A stretch of 64,000 nt of DNA, taken from NCBI GenBank assembly GCA_051453625.1, contig JBOZIK010000001.1, positions 31,732,087 through 31,796,086 of the forward strand, written 5' to 3'. This DNA is from Welwitschia mirabilis (taxonomy: Eukaryota). Within the stretch, counting starts at the first letter, position 1; each line of letters starts with the position of its first letter. A program made the position numbers and the translations under genes. This document shows, piece by piece, positions 1 to 13,479 of the stretch. Under the pieces are notes generated by a model. The model was not told the origin of the DNA, searched no databases, and saw only the letters and a list, made by a program, of their open reading frames with translations.

Positions 1-1130
1 TTATATGCTAACATATAGGAGATCAGATTAGCTTGAGATCATTAGGTATATTGATTCTGATTTTGCTAGATGGAAAGATAGCTTGAAATCAACATCAAGA
101 TATATCTATATTCTGGCTAGAGGAGCTATCTCTTGGAAAAGTGTCAAGCAACCTCTTATGGCTACTTTTCTCATGGAAGAAGAGTTCATATCTTGTTATG
201 AGGCATCTAATCATGGAAAGTGGTTGTGGAGTTTTTTCATTGGGTTGCACATAGTGAGTGGTATTAAAAGACCACTCAAATTGTTATGTAACAATAAGTC
301 AGCAGTGTTGTATGCCAATAATAACAAGANNNNNNNNNNNNNNNNNNNNNNNNNNNNNNNNNNNNNNNNNNNNNNNNNNNNNNNNNNNNNNNNNNNNNNN
401 NNNNNNNNNNNNNNNNNNNNNNNNNNNNNGTGGTATTAAAAGACCACTCAAATTGTTATGTAACAATAAGTCAGTAGTGTTGTATGCCAATAATAACAAG
501 AGCTTGACAAGATTTAAGTACATAGATGTCAAGTTCTGAGCTGTGAAGGAAAGAGTTCAGAAGAAAGTATTGTCTTTAGAGCATATTACTATAAATTCCA
601 TCATTGTGGATCCACTTATTAAGGCATTACCATCCAAGGGGTTTCATGATTACACTGCTCATATGGGTGTTATTTCAGTTAAGGATATTCAGTTTTTGTG
701 GGAGTTTGTAATTTCATTGCTTATATGACATAAACATATTTTCAAGATATTCTAGTTTTAAGATTAATTTTTGCAGAAATAGAGCATTTACTTTGGTTAT
801 ATTTTGATTGTATGAGGTTAATCCCATTNNNNNNNNNNNNNNNNNNNNNNNNNNNNNNNNNNNNNNNNNNNNNNNNNNNNNNNNNNNNNNNNNNNNNNNN
901 NNNNNNNNNNNNNNNNNNNNNNNNNNNNNNNNNNNNNNNNNNNNNTGATGGGTCTTTTTATAACAATTGTAGCATAGATCACTTTGATCCTATGTCAACA
1001 TAATTGATGGACTGGATAAGTCAAGGACAATTACAGTTTTGATAGAATTATTGAGCTCATAAGGTTTTAACATAATATATAATTCCAAGGTATCAGACCT
1101 ACACATGTGTATTTGGTCCAAGTAGGAGAT
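1..1130 (+). mobile_element. Ty1/copia retrotransposon 3' part (RNase H, 3' UTR, PPT), probably TAR lineage; degenerate
   Basis: Translation gives IDSDFA..KSTSRYIYILARGAISWKSVKQ..EEEFISCYEASNHG..PLKLLCNNKSAV..KYIDVKF..VKERVQ..IVDPLIKALP, which is copia RNase H. PPT AAGTAGGAGAT ends at 1130, directly before TGTTGG. Confidence 0.9.
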
Positions 1131-1559
1131 TGTTGGAATAATAGATCCATATAATGTATATGAGCTTATTATGATTATTCAGTTACAATTGTATATTATA
1201 TGCTGTCATACTATGTGGCCCAAATAAAGTGATCCACTCAAGTTAAGGTTAAGTGGGCTATAAATCATCTTGCAGAGTATGGGTACCCAATCAGCTTATT
1301 TCTAATTAATGATGGGCTGATTAGAAATAAGGGTCTATAAATAGACACACTAGGATTATGATCCCTGGTCGAATGAACATAGTCTTCTACTGATATCCCA
1401 TCATCAGAGAGAGAAAACCTATACTTATATTAACTAGAAGTCACATAACCCAAAGAGGATTTAATGGAGTCAGGTACACTTCTACCTTCTTGTTCTAATC
1501 TAGATAATTTGATATGAAGTTTATAGTTTATTATTTAATTATAAAATTTAATTCCGACA
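1131..1559 (+). repeat. 3' LTR of the first copia element
   Basis: Starts TGTTGGAAT right after the PPT and ends ATTCCGACA (1559). The gap-duplicated copy ends with the perfect inverted repeat ATTCCAACA at 1782. Confidence 0.8.
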
Positions 1560-3097
1560 TCACAAGCTTTGATAATGATCATCCAAATTAGTAAGGACTT
1601 AACAAATGAAATAACTATGTCAGAAAATGGGAAGCCACATTGGAGGATCACTANNNNNNNNNNNNNNNNNNNNNNNNNNNNNNNNNNNNNNNNNNNNNNN
1701 NNNNNNNNNNNNNNNNNNNNNNNNNNNNNNNNNNNNNNNNNNNNNNNNNNNNNTTATTTAATTATAAAATTTAATTCCAACATCACAAGCTTTGATAATG
1801 ATCATCCAAATCAGCAAGGACTTAACAAATGAAATGACTATGTCAGAAAATGGGAAGCCACATTAGAGGGTCACTAAATCAACAAAATCCAAAAAGATAT
1901 ATCAAAATAGCAAGTGATGGTCAAACGTATCCAATTCCTTTAGCTCAATCGTTTCAAACATGTAGCAAGGATATCATTAAAGTAGTTCATAGATTCTATA
2001 GAAAGACCAAGGATTTTGATGGTGAATGATGATTAAGGTAAAAATACAAATTTTCTGTATGACATGCTTCTAGAATTTTTCCATAATAGTTGAACACGTT
2101 CCAAACTTCAATTGCATAAGATTCAAGTGTGAGTTATTTTTATTTAAGCTTTATTTTTTACAAAGATTGGCCATGTTCAAATATATATAAATTCATGGCT
2201 TCTTAACCAAAAATCCATAGTGAAAAAGAAACAATGAAAATCCCTTTTCCTATATTCCCTTCACTGCTCTATCAAGTAGAAAAGTGTTTTAAGTCCCAAA
2301 AGAAAGCATAAGACATTGCCTCCCAAAATCAGCTATAGTAATATTTGCTTTATTTTTCTATTTCATAATCGTATTCTATATGCATTTTAGTCCAAATCAC
2401 TATGCATTTGCTTTCTAAGGGAAGAATGCTCAAATGGCTATGTTAAATTGACCATAAGAGCACACATACATTCAGTAAAATTAGTTTCTCTCTACTGTGT
2501 CCTTCAATTCCAAAATTCTTATTACTACTTCAACTTACATTGGACCAAGGCTATGCTCATAAGCTGAAGAAATATTTTTCTTATTATTTAATTCTAGTTA
2601 ATTTTCAAGTCCTTTTCATGTTTTAGAGTAGTATCTTCAAAAGATTTTCTTACTAATCAGTCTTGTGAAAGTAGCTACCCTTATTTTTGAAGAGAAATTG
2701 TTTCATCTATAACTCTAGGTTTCAAATCCTTATGTTTTAGATTTTGTGAATGCTATAAATTTGAATTCTATTTCTACTTTTTTCTTAAAGTGTTAAATTA
2801 AAATCTTTATTGTCCTTATTTATGGTAAAAAACCTTTATTGCAAATTAGCTATCAACATTTGAAACCCAGTGAGAAAAAAAAGATGCCATACATATGCTT
2901 ATGAATAAAATTCTAGTTTTTCAATTGTCAATGATGGAGTTAAGTTAAAATTGTAGCATCATTCTTGCAATTCATAACATTAAGAAAATATGTTTAGGAG
3001 TCACAAAATGTTAAACATTATTTTTTGACTTACTTTAACAAATTTATATCTTGTTATTATTTAGAATATTGAATGTTGGATATTTAATTTCTTCATT

Positions 3098-3108
3098 TGG
3101 TATCATAG
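3098..3108 (+). other. Primer-binding site (tRNA-iMet type) of the second copia element
   Basis: CA-tt-TGGTATCATAG (consensus TGGTATCAGAGC), upstream of the gag region. The 5' LTR ends at about 3095; its start is not resolved. Confidence 0.65.
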
Positions 3109-6100
3109 TAGGATAGGGTATTAGTCTATCCACTAGTCCTATATTACTGAAGAATTCTATCATGATAGTCTAGGCTTCATGCTAGTTCTCTACCTAGTTA
3201 TTTCATCTAATTCTTATTAAATTCATTTTTTACTCCTGTTTAATTCCTGAAATAGTTCTTGTCTAAGTCTCGATAAGCTCTTAACTTCTAATTCATGTTT
3301 AGTTCTTAATATTGTCCTATTCTTGTTAAATTCCAGTTTATCATTCACATTTGTGTATTAAAAACAAACTATTGACTACTTATTAATCCTGTTTTACAAA
3401 TTCTTGAAAATTATCCCCTTCTTATCTAAATCTTGATTTACTTCTACTTTTCTGCTAGGTTGTGCTNNNNNNNNNNNNNNNNNNNNNNNNNNNNNNNNNN
3501 NNNNNNNNNNNNNNNNNNNNNNNNNNNNNNNNNNNNNNNNNNNNNNNNNNNNNNNNNNNNNNNNNNNNNNNNNNNNNNNNNNNNNNNNNNNNNNNNNNNN
3601 NNNNNNNNNNNNNNNNNNNNNNNNNNNNNNNNNNNNNNNNNNNNNNNNNNNNNNNNNNNNNNNNNNNNNNNNNNNNNNNNNNNNNNNNNNNNNNNNNNNN
3701 NNNNNNNNNNNNNNNNNNNNNNNNNNNNNNNNNNNNNNNNNNNNNNNNNNNNNNNNNNNNNNNNNNNNNNNNNNNNNNNNNNNNNNNNNNNNNNNNNNNN
3801 NNNNNNNNNNNNNNNNNNNNNNNNNNNNNNNNNNNNNNNNNNNNNNNNNNNNNNNNNNNNNNNNNNNNNNNNNNNNNNNNNNNNNNNNNNNNNNNNNNNN
3901 NNNNNNNNNNNNNNNNNNNNNNNNNNNNNNNNNNNNNNNNNNNNNNNNNNNNNNNNNNNNNNNNNNNNNNNNNNNNNNNNNNNNNNNNNNNNNNNNNNNN
4001 NNNNNNNNNNNNNNNNNNNNNNNNNNNNNNNNAAAGTTCCCCAATTTGATGTTAAAACATTTTAAATCTCGAAAAGAATAATGAAGATCTACCTCAAATA
4101 CAAGGAACTTTGGGATTATACAAAAGTTGATATTACCTATGCTAAACCTAAAGATGATACAAGAGATTATGATAAATGTAGTAAGGAAGACTAAGGCTAT
4201 GATAATTATTCACTCATGCATGCCAATCAACTTATAGATTATGAATATTATTAAATGAAGTATAAAAAGGTCATGAAAACATGAAGTCCATTATGTTGCA
4301 AAACCTTAGAACCAATTTAACAACATAAAAATGAAAGACAATGAAAATGTAGAAGCCTGCATTCAGATGGTTAAATACATAGTTAAAAAGATGTAATATT
4401 TAGATTATGAAGTTAAAAACAATAATGTTGCCTTCAAAATCTTAAAATCCCTTATAAAACCATTTAAACCCATAGCCATTACCCTCCATAATGTCTTAGA
4501 CTTAATAACACTCTCTCTTGAAGAACTTTTTGATAGACTTGTCCAATATGAACTCACCCTTAAGGAAGATGAGGAATAAAATGCTATGACTTTGAAAGCA
4601 TTTCATTGTGGAAGAGGTAGAGGTGGTTATAGAGGAAGCGGATAATATAATGAAAGAGGAATAGGTATAAGCCAAGTTAAAGGTCTAATAAGAGAATAAG
4701 GAAGTGGACAACATAGTGGAAAAGGTAATTTTAGTTTTGAGAATGCCCCACCTTATCGAATTGGAAAGAAACAAAGAAATTTCACTATTACCACAAAAAG
4801 AACAATCTTATCAAAGATTGTAAAAAAAATAGATGGAGTGATATAAACAAAGCCAATATAATAGAAAAAGTTGAATCTTCAAAGCAATAAAGAATACAAG
4901 AAAAAGATAAATCCAAATAAGAGGAAGAGTTTGAGGTTGGAGGATTTGTAGCTGAAATGCAATTAGACTTAATCTTAACCACTAATAAATTAAGTTATCA
5001 GTACATTAATAGTGGATGCTAAAAGCACATTACCTATTAAAAGAACTTGATTTAAGAATTTTATAGAGAAGATCGTGAATTAGTAAGCTTTGGAGGAGAA
5101 GCGTCATAAGAAATCAAAGGTCATGATACCCTTTTTCCACAAAGGTGATAATTTCACCATTGATGATATTTTCTATATTCTTGATGCCCATTATAATCTT
5201 ATTAGTTTAGGGTAATTAATTGGAAATGGTTTCAAGGCTAAGTTTGAAGATGAAAAATGCATCCTATCCGAAGGAAAACAAATTCTAGAAGTGGTCAAAA
5301 CATGGAACAACTTGTATTTAAATCACATTTAAGAAAGCTTTAGTGTTTAGAAAAGAGGATTTTTGGACATGACATAGAAAATTAGGATACATCTCAACCA
5401 AATATTTAAAGGAAATGATCAAACAAAACCTTGTTATGGGTTTTTTCAATCTCTAAATTGAGTCCACTAACACATGTAAGGAATGCATTCAAGGAAAGAA
5501 AACAAGGGTTTCTTTTCCAAAAATCTCAACTAGATCATCTTAGAAATTGTCATTGGTGTATTTAGATATTTATGGCCCCTTTAGCTCTCCTAGTCTAAGT
5601 GGTTGTAAGTACTTTATTACATTTATTGATGATTTTCAAGATTATATCATGTTCATTTCTTAAAATATAAATCTCAAGCATTGCAATCTTTTAAATTATT
5701 TCAAAAGTGGGTTGAAAAAGAACTAGGTGTTAAGATCAAATGCTTAAGAACTGATACAAAGGTAAGTACTTATTAAATCATTGTCAATCCTATTTGTAAA
5801 ATAATATCATTACTCATCAATTGACAATAGCTTATACTCCAAAACAAAATGGAGTNNNNNNNNNNNNNNNNNNNNNNNNNNNNNNNNNNNNNNNNNNNNN
5901 NNNNNNNNNNNNNNNNNNNNNNNNNNNNNNNNNNNNNNNNNNNNNNNNNNNNNNNTTACTTTAAAAGCATTCCACTATGAAAGAGGTAGAGTGGTTATAA
6001 AGAAAGAGGATAATATAAGAAAAGAGGAAGAGATTGAAGCCACGGTAGAGGTTTAGAAAGAGGACAAGGAAGAAGCTGATAGAGTGGAAGAGGTAATTTT

Positions 6101-9100
6101 ATTTTCGAGAATGCTAGATCATCCTCAAACTAGAAAGAAACTAAGGAATATCACTATTACCACAAAAAGGGCCATCTTATCAAACATTATAGAAAAAAGA
6201 GATGGATTGATACAAACAAAACCAAAATAGCAGAACAAGGTGAATCTTCAAAGAAAAGTTGCATAGAAGAAAAAGATGAATTCAAACAAGAGGAAGAAGT
6301 TGAGGTAGAAGGATTTGTAGCTAAAACACAATTATATTTGATCTTCTCTCTAACAAGTTAACTTCTTGGTACATTAATAGTGAATTCTCAAAGCACATTA
6401 CCTATTAAAAACACTTATTTCAATAATTTTATGAAGAGGCTCATAGATTAGTAAGCTTTAGAGAAGGAGCCTCATAAAATTCAAAGGTCATGATATCCTT
6501 CTTTTTAAAAATCACAAAGGTAAGAATTTCATTATTCATGATGTTTTCTATGTTTTTGATGCCCACTATAATCTGATTAGTTTATGGTAATTCATAGGGA
6601 ATGGTTTCAAGGCTGATTTTAAAGATGAAAAATGCATCTTATCTAAAGGAAAACAAATTCTAGAAGTACAACAATTTATATCAAATCATATTTGAGAAAG
6701 CTTTAGTTTCTAGTAAAGATGATTTTTGGACATGGTATGAAATTATAATACATTTCAATCAAACATATGAAGAAAATGATTCAACACAAGATTATTAGGG
6801 GTTTGCCCAATTTCCAAATTAAACCCACTAACACATGTAAGGAATGAATTGAAGAAAAGAAAACAAGGATCTCTTTTTTAAAAATCTCAATTAGATCATC
6901 TAAAAAATTGTCATTGATGCATTTAGATATTTATGGCTCCTTTTCGCTCTTCTAGTATAAGTGGTTGTAAATATTTGATTACATTTATTGATGATTTTCT
7001 AAGATTATATCACGTTAATTTCTTAAAATATAAATCTCAACCTTTGTAATCTTTTAAAGTGCTTCAAAAGTGGACTAGAAGAGAAACAATTATCAAGATC
7101 AAGTGGTTAATAACTTATAGAGGAGGTGAGTACTTATCAAATGATTTCCAATCCTATTTGAAAAATAATGGTATTACTCACTAATTGACAATAGCCTATA
7201 CTTCACAACAAAATGGAGTCGTGGAAAGAAGAAATCGCTCTCTACTAGATATGGTAAGAACCATATTGATTTAAGATAATATTGATAAAGTATTTTAGGT
7301 TGAAGTAATCAATACGTTAAATTACCTTCAAAATTGCATGTTGATAAGGCATCTTAGTGACTCCACTCCATATGAACAATGGTATGACATTAAACCTAAT
7401 TTATCTCATTTGCAAATCTTTGGATCTAAACGTTATGTTAAAAACACTAAGCTTGATCAAGACAAATTGGAACCTAGATTTAAATAGTATATTTTTCTTG
7501 GTTGCTCTAGTCAAAGCAAGGCTTACAGATGTTATGATTCACATTTAAGAAAGGTTTTAGAATGTATTGATGTGAAATTCATGCCTTTTAAATCATCTAA
7601 TCCTATTTCTACTACTGATGATAAGGATTCTTGTGATGTTGTATTTAGTGAATCTGAAAATGATAATGAGGAATAAAGGACACTTGAACAAAACACTATT
7701 AATGACATAAGTTCTAGCACAAATCAAGTGTCCATTCCTACACAAAATCAAGGTGAAAATAAATTCAAAAATTTTTCTAAATTGTTAGATCAAAATCTTA
7801 ATACTCATTCAAAATATAAGAGGATAACCTCTTATCATGATCCATCCAACATCATAGATCCTAGAGAAGCTCCTATAAGGACAAGAAGTCAGCAAAAGCT
7901 TGGTGTAATCTCAGAAGCTAAGATATGCAATAACATTTTGAAAGATTATTTAGCTTTAAGTTGTGAATCTTTAAATTAAGATCCTATTCACTTTAAGGAA
8001 GCCATAAAATGCTTGCATTGGGTCAAGGCAATGAAGGAAGAAATTTCATAAATTGAAAAAAACAAAACATGGATTCTTGTTCCTATACAAAAGGCAAAAA
8101 TATCATTGGCATCAAATGGATTTATAGGACTAAATACAATTCTGATAATACAATTAACAATTATAAAGTTCATCTTGTTGCTCTTAGTTATGTGCAAAAA
8201 GTAGGAACAAATTATGATGAAACTTATGCTTCTATTACTCATCTTGAATCTGTAAGAGCCTTTCTTACCTATACTTTCAAAAATTATATGATTGTTTGGC
8301 AAATGCATGTCAAATCTACCTTCTTGAATGGGGTTCTTGAAGAAGAGGTGTACATCTCACAACCCCAAGGTTTTGTAAAACAAGGTATGAAAAAATCATG
8401 TTTATTTATTTAAAAAGGCATTGTATTATTTGAAACAAGCCCCAAGGGCTTGGTTCTGAAGGCTAGATTCTTAGTTAAGAAATCCTGGTTACAAAAATGC
8501 CATTTTGAAAATACTTTATATAAGAAAGACAGTAAGGCCATTCAATTTTTTTCTTAATCTATGTTGAAGATATAATATTTAGTGGCATAGATAATAAGTT
8601 GATTAATAAGTTCAAGAATGATATGATAAGAGATTTTGAAATAACTAATCTTGGCCAACTCTCATATTATCTTGGGATACAAATTCAGCAAACCCCAAAA
8701 GGCATATTCTTAAATCAATGTAAATATGCTTTTAATATGTTAAAAAAAATTGATATGCATGAATGCAAATCCATCTTCACTACCTTGCCAACTAATTATG
8801 AAATCAAAAGAGACATGGAGGGAGATGAGATTAATAACCAAACTTTTAGATCTATGATTGATAGCTTAATGTATCTAACTGCAACTCATGCTAATATTCA
8901 ATATGCAATTAGCTTGTTGTCCAAATTTATAACTTATCTAAGAAAGCCTTGTCTTGATTTTTTTAAAAGAATATTACGTTCTATTAAAGGCACATTAAAT
9001 TATGGACTCTTTTATGATGTAAATAACAATACTCAAGTTGTTGAATATGCTAATGCTAATTGGACTGGTAGTATTGATGATCGAAAGAGCATAAGAGAAT

Positions 9101-9694
9101 ATGCAATGCTTTTTGGAGAAAGCCTTTTCTCATGGGTAAGGAAAAACAATCTTATGTGGCTTTTTCCACTACTAAAGTAGAGTACATGGTAGTCCATTTA
9201 GCAAGACAATAGTTGGTATGGCTTGATAAAATATTTGAACATTTTACTATTCCTATTGATAAGCATATACATTTTTTATGTGATAGTGATTTTGCCATAG
9301 AAATTTCAAGAAATTCAGTCATGCATGCAAGAACCAAGCACATCAATATAAATTTCCATTTCATTTGAAATTTGGTTGAAGATGGACTTATTATTCTTAA
9401 TTATTAATCCTCCAAATTATAATTTGTTGATTTTTTTACAAAGACTTTAGATAAGGCAAGATTTAAAAATTTGAGAGAGGGGCTACAAATCCTTGACATT
9501 AAGGTCAAGGAAGAGAAGTAACAACAAGACTCCAAGAATCTTTAGTGTTGTTCCAGATATAAATAAAAGTAAAACATTTCTAATTCATGTTTATTTAAGA
9601 GATCATTTTACATAATTGTAAAGTTTCTAATTCATTGAGTCATTCGAAATCAACATGTGTATTTTGGATTGTGACCTTAATGTTAAGGGAGAGT
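3098..9694 (+). mobile_element. Degenerate Ty1/copia element (Ivana/SIRE-like, lineage unresolved): gag, protease, integrase, RT, RNase H, with the gag-end to integrase segment present twice
   Basis: Integrase: KYFITFIDDF, AYTSQQNGVVERRNRSLLDMVR. RT: IGIKWIYRTKYNSD, VWQMHVKSTFLNGVLEEEVYISQPQGF. RNase H: YANANWTGSIDDRKS, HARTKHINIKFHFI. PPT-like TTAAGGGAGAG at about 9683-9693. Confidence 0.9.
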
Positions 9695-11399
9695 TTAAAG
9701 AGGCATTATCAGTATGCCATTAAGTTTATAATTACTTTAAAGCATTTGGAATAAGAAGCTCCCATCAATATGGGTCATTTGCAGTTTTGATTATGTGTGT
9801 CTTCATTCATCTTACAACTTGAAATGATTATTAAATCCTGATTTTATGGTCACAATTATTTTGAAGCTATAGACTCTTTTCTTGAATTCCAGTATAAGAG
9901 CTATTAGGTTGAATGTTTAAAAATTTCTTATTATCCTTCATTCTACTAATTCATGAATAGTATTTTAAGACTCACCTAAGAGAGACGATTTTATCAATAA
10001 TACATTTTTAAGATGTAAGATGATAATGCATTACTANNNNNNNNNNNNNNNNNNNNNNNNNNNNNNNNNNNNNNNNNNNNNNNNNNNNNNNNNNNNNNNN
10101 NNNNNNNNNNNNNNNNNNNNNNNNNNNNNNNNNNNNATTGACCATTTTCAAAGATAATTTGATTAAGTTTCTATTTCTATATTCATCATCCTAGATTCTA
10201 CTTGTCTTTTCTTAAATAAGATTATTAATAGTAAATTATATGACATAAAACTAAGGAAAAAAATCTAAATTCTTCCTTTACTTGAAATTCAAAGTAATTA
10301 AAGGATTTCACTGTCTTTTATTTTCATCAAATTTGCATAAATAAATTTCTCTTAAATTTGTGTGTTTTCATTAAAAAATAAAAAAAAAAAGCATGGGGAA
10401 GAAAAAGCATTTTTATTCTTGTATTATATTATTTTATAGTTCATTATATTAGTAAAATAGTATTTTGAAATAAAAGGAAGCATGTTTCATTAATTATTCA
10501 TCCCCTCTTTAAAGAAAATTTTAAAAAAAAAAAAGATATCTATATTGTTTTGATTTTTTTCTTTTATTTTTATTCTCAACCTAGTTTCTATTAGTTCATT
10601 TATAATAAATACTCAAATATAGGACAATGATAATAGAATTTACCTACAAAAGCTTCTCATTTATTTATGGTATTCTTTATCTTTCTTCCAATTCTTACAC
10701 TCGCATTATGCCTTTCATGTCATATCAAATAAATGAAAATGATATTAGATTCACATCATTATCAAATTTAAGGTTTTACATTTGTCAAAAAATAAAAATT
10801 AAAAAGTTTGACATTGTAAAATAAAAAAATAAATGCCATAATAGTTTAGCACTAGGAGGAGAAAACCTCACGTGCATTCTCAATTAACTACATGATTTTT
10901 GTGTTTACTTTTCTTCTTTATTTTGACTATCACCTTGGTATCGGATTAAAAAAACTATCATGCTAGTATCAATATAAGGAAAAAAAAGGTCCATATTTCT
11001 AGGGATGAGTATAAGGTATTCATCTCATAAGGTTTCTCTATTCTAATCCTTAATTAACTTTGTGTAATCATTAATTGTAAGAGCTACTAGGAATCCTACC
11101 TATTTCATCCCACTAAGAGAGTAAAATTATTAGCTATGATAAAGCTAGAACTAATAGACAATAATGTAAGTAAAATACCCCCATATGACCCTTTTTCTGA
11201 AAGGACAATAAAGATGAGGAAGTTATAAATGAATAGGTTGATAATTAAAAACCCAAAACATTAGAAAAATCTACATGACTAGCACCTAAAGAAGAGCTAT
11301 AATAATAGTAGATTCTTTGAGTACTCAACCAATGAGGAAGACCCACCAAAAATCAAATGGAATGGAAACAAAAATTATGGTCAACTAGACATAACAAGT

Positions 11400-12560
11400 G
11401 TATGGAAGGCTATTAATAATATTAAATAAGGCTTTCAAAGAAAAATAAATTATCTTAATGTTGACTTCGATGAACTACCAACTCATCCTTCTATTCCTCA
11501 CAAAATAATCTTACCCAGTAAAATGTCAAATCTTGATAAATTTACAAGTATGAAAAATTTCATTATGCATGTAAGAAATTATAAACATGCATATCACATG
11601 AACAACATTAAAAGAAACATAACTTATCATTTATTCTATAGATCTTTAAGATGAAAAGCTCTTGAGTGTTACCATCATAAAATTACTTATTCAATCACAT
11701 GTCTAAAGAAATTACTAAAGAAGTTAATTTAACATTTTTTAATAAACATCAGGAAATGAATGACAATAGATGCTCTTACTATCATACGACAAGAGTTTAA
11801 TGAAACAATATAGAAATATGCACACAAATGAAGAGTTACTGCATTACAATTAGAAACCCTCATTACATATTTTGATATGGCATATCTCTTTGCTAAGTCA
11901 TGCATTTCTTATATCTTTGAATATCTCAGAATGTAATCATTTGCAACATTTAAATAGGATATTACACTAGAAAGTAAATTGACATCACAAAAAGAGAAAA
12001 GGGATCCATTAATTATAGTAGCTTTTCCCTAGGTAAATTGATAAGAAAAGATAATAATAATAATAAAATGTTCACATATCCAAAAAATGTTGTAATAGTT
12101 GGTTAACTTTCACAACCAACTTATCCTTTTCAATCCATGGGTAACCTAATAATGGTACTAGTATTACCTCAAGCTTCTACTACTTTGCATACTTTTGCAT
12201 TTCAATCCATCATTAGTCATCCATATTATCCATTGCTGCAATAAGTACAAAATCCACTATGATCATAAACTTGATAACAAAGAGATGTAATACAAATCCA
12301 ACATTAAGATAAGTATCAAAATCAAACTTCATCCATAAAATCTAGAAGGAATAAAGTTGAATAGTATAATGATTTAAATCCTTTCGACCTCGATATCTAA
12401 GAAAGCAAGTTAATTATCTCTTATTAAATCAAGAGATCTTAATATTCTAAATTTAAAATGATACGATGATTTAGAACACTGTAAGTATCATGGATAATGT
12501 GGAATTACATAAAAGAGTTCTTAAAATTGAAACATGTAGTTTAAGATGTAATAGAAAATA
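11400..12560 (+). mobile_element. Ty3/gypsy Ogre/Tat-type gag remnant
   Basis: KMSNLDKFTSMKNFIMHVRNY resembles KMPDFEKYDG..PIMHL. FYRSLR*KALECY resembles FQ.SL.G.ALKWY. YDDLEHCKYH..LKLKHVV*DVIENK resembles the Ogre gag CxYH knuckle region. Many stops. Confidence 0.6.
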
Positions 12561-12564
12561 AATG

Positions 12565-12952
12565 AAACATCAACCTTAAAATCATTTTAGCCCCTATATT
12601 TCCCACTTATTTTATCAATGTGGGACAACACCCACTTATATTTCCCACTATGGGAAAGTACCCACTTATATTTCTACACACCCCCTCATGTGTAAGCTAA
12701 TCAAGCCAAACATGGGACACAATCAATCATGTAGAGGAAGTATAATGACCATGCTACTCATTATTGCAATGGCCTAAGAGGGGCCCAAACACATATAAAT
12801 CAAAGTTAGGTTCCAACCCAAAACCAATTGGCCATGGATGGAGTAACTTACTAGCTTTATATGCATGCTCAAGGCCTTTTTATTTTATTAATGTGGGACA
12901 ACACCCACTTATATTTTCCACTATGGAATAATACCCACTTATAGTTTTCATA
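12565..12952 (-). mobile_element. TRIM-like miniature LTR element, degenerate, inserted at the Ogre gag remnant
   Basis: Direct repeats of about 70 bp (12610-12678 and 12883-12952: aatgtgggacaacacccacttatat..cccacttata). Minus-strand PPT GAGGGGGTG is followed by TGTAG. Contains GCCAATTGGTTTTGGGTTGGAACC, a motif typical of plant TRIM LTRs. TAAATG occurs on both flanks. No clear PBS. Confidence 0.6.
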
Positions 12953-13479
12953 AATGCTTAAGTAATAATGTAACTATCAAGATTCTTTTATCAACTGAGT
13001 AAATTTATTAATTACCTAATCTAAATCTTAGTAATTTCATAAATCTTAAGTACTTAGGATTTTTACTTTTTATTTTTATTACAAGGCCATGAAAGATCAA
13101 TGACTTTGAATTCACTAACACTCATATGATAAATGAGATTATGTTACCATGACCTAAGACATAATAATTGATAGTCTAAAGTTTGTTTCAAGATAGTGTA
13201 ATATATGGTTGAGTGAGAAATTACAGAAGGATGAGTCAAGTGAAAACTTAGGGCTTGCTTGCTTTTCATTTTTCTGAACAAGGTTTCACAAGAAAATTCT
13301 AAACTCCCTCTTTTTTCCTTTCTTTTTATTATAAGTTATACTTAAGTAAGATTTTGTGAAAATTTTATTTAGCCAACCCCAATTAATTAAAAATTTTATT
13401 TAATAATTTGATATGTTTTAATTTCTCTAAGATGACCTTCTATAGTGGATTATGAAATTCACACTTTAACTTATGTCTA

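Noticed and set aside
12600-12950. Repeated cccacttata units with spacers that could suggest a CRISPR-like array
   Set aside because: Eukaryotic TE context, irregular spacing and no cas genes. Explained by the TRIM-like direct repeats.
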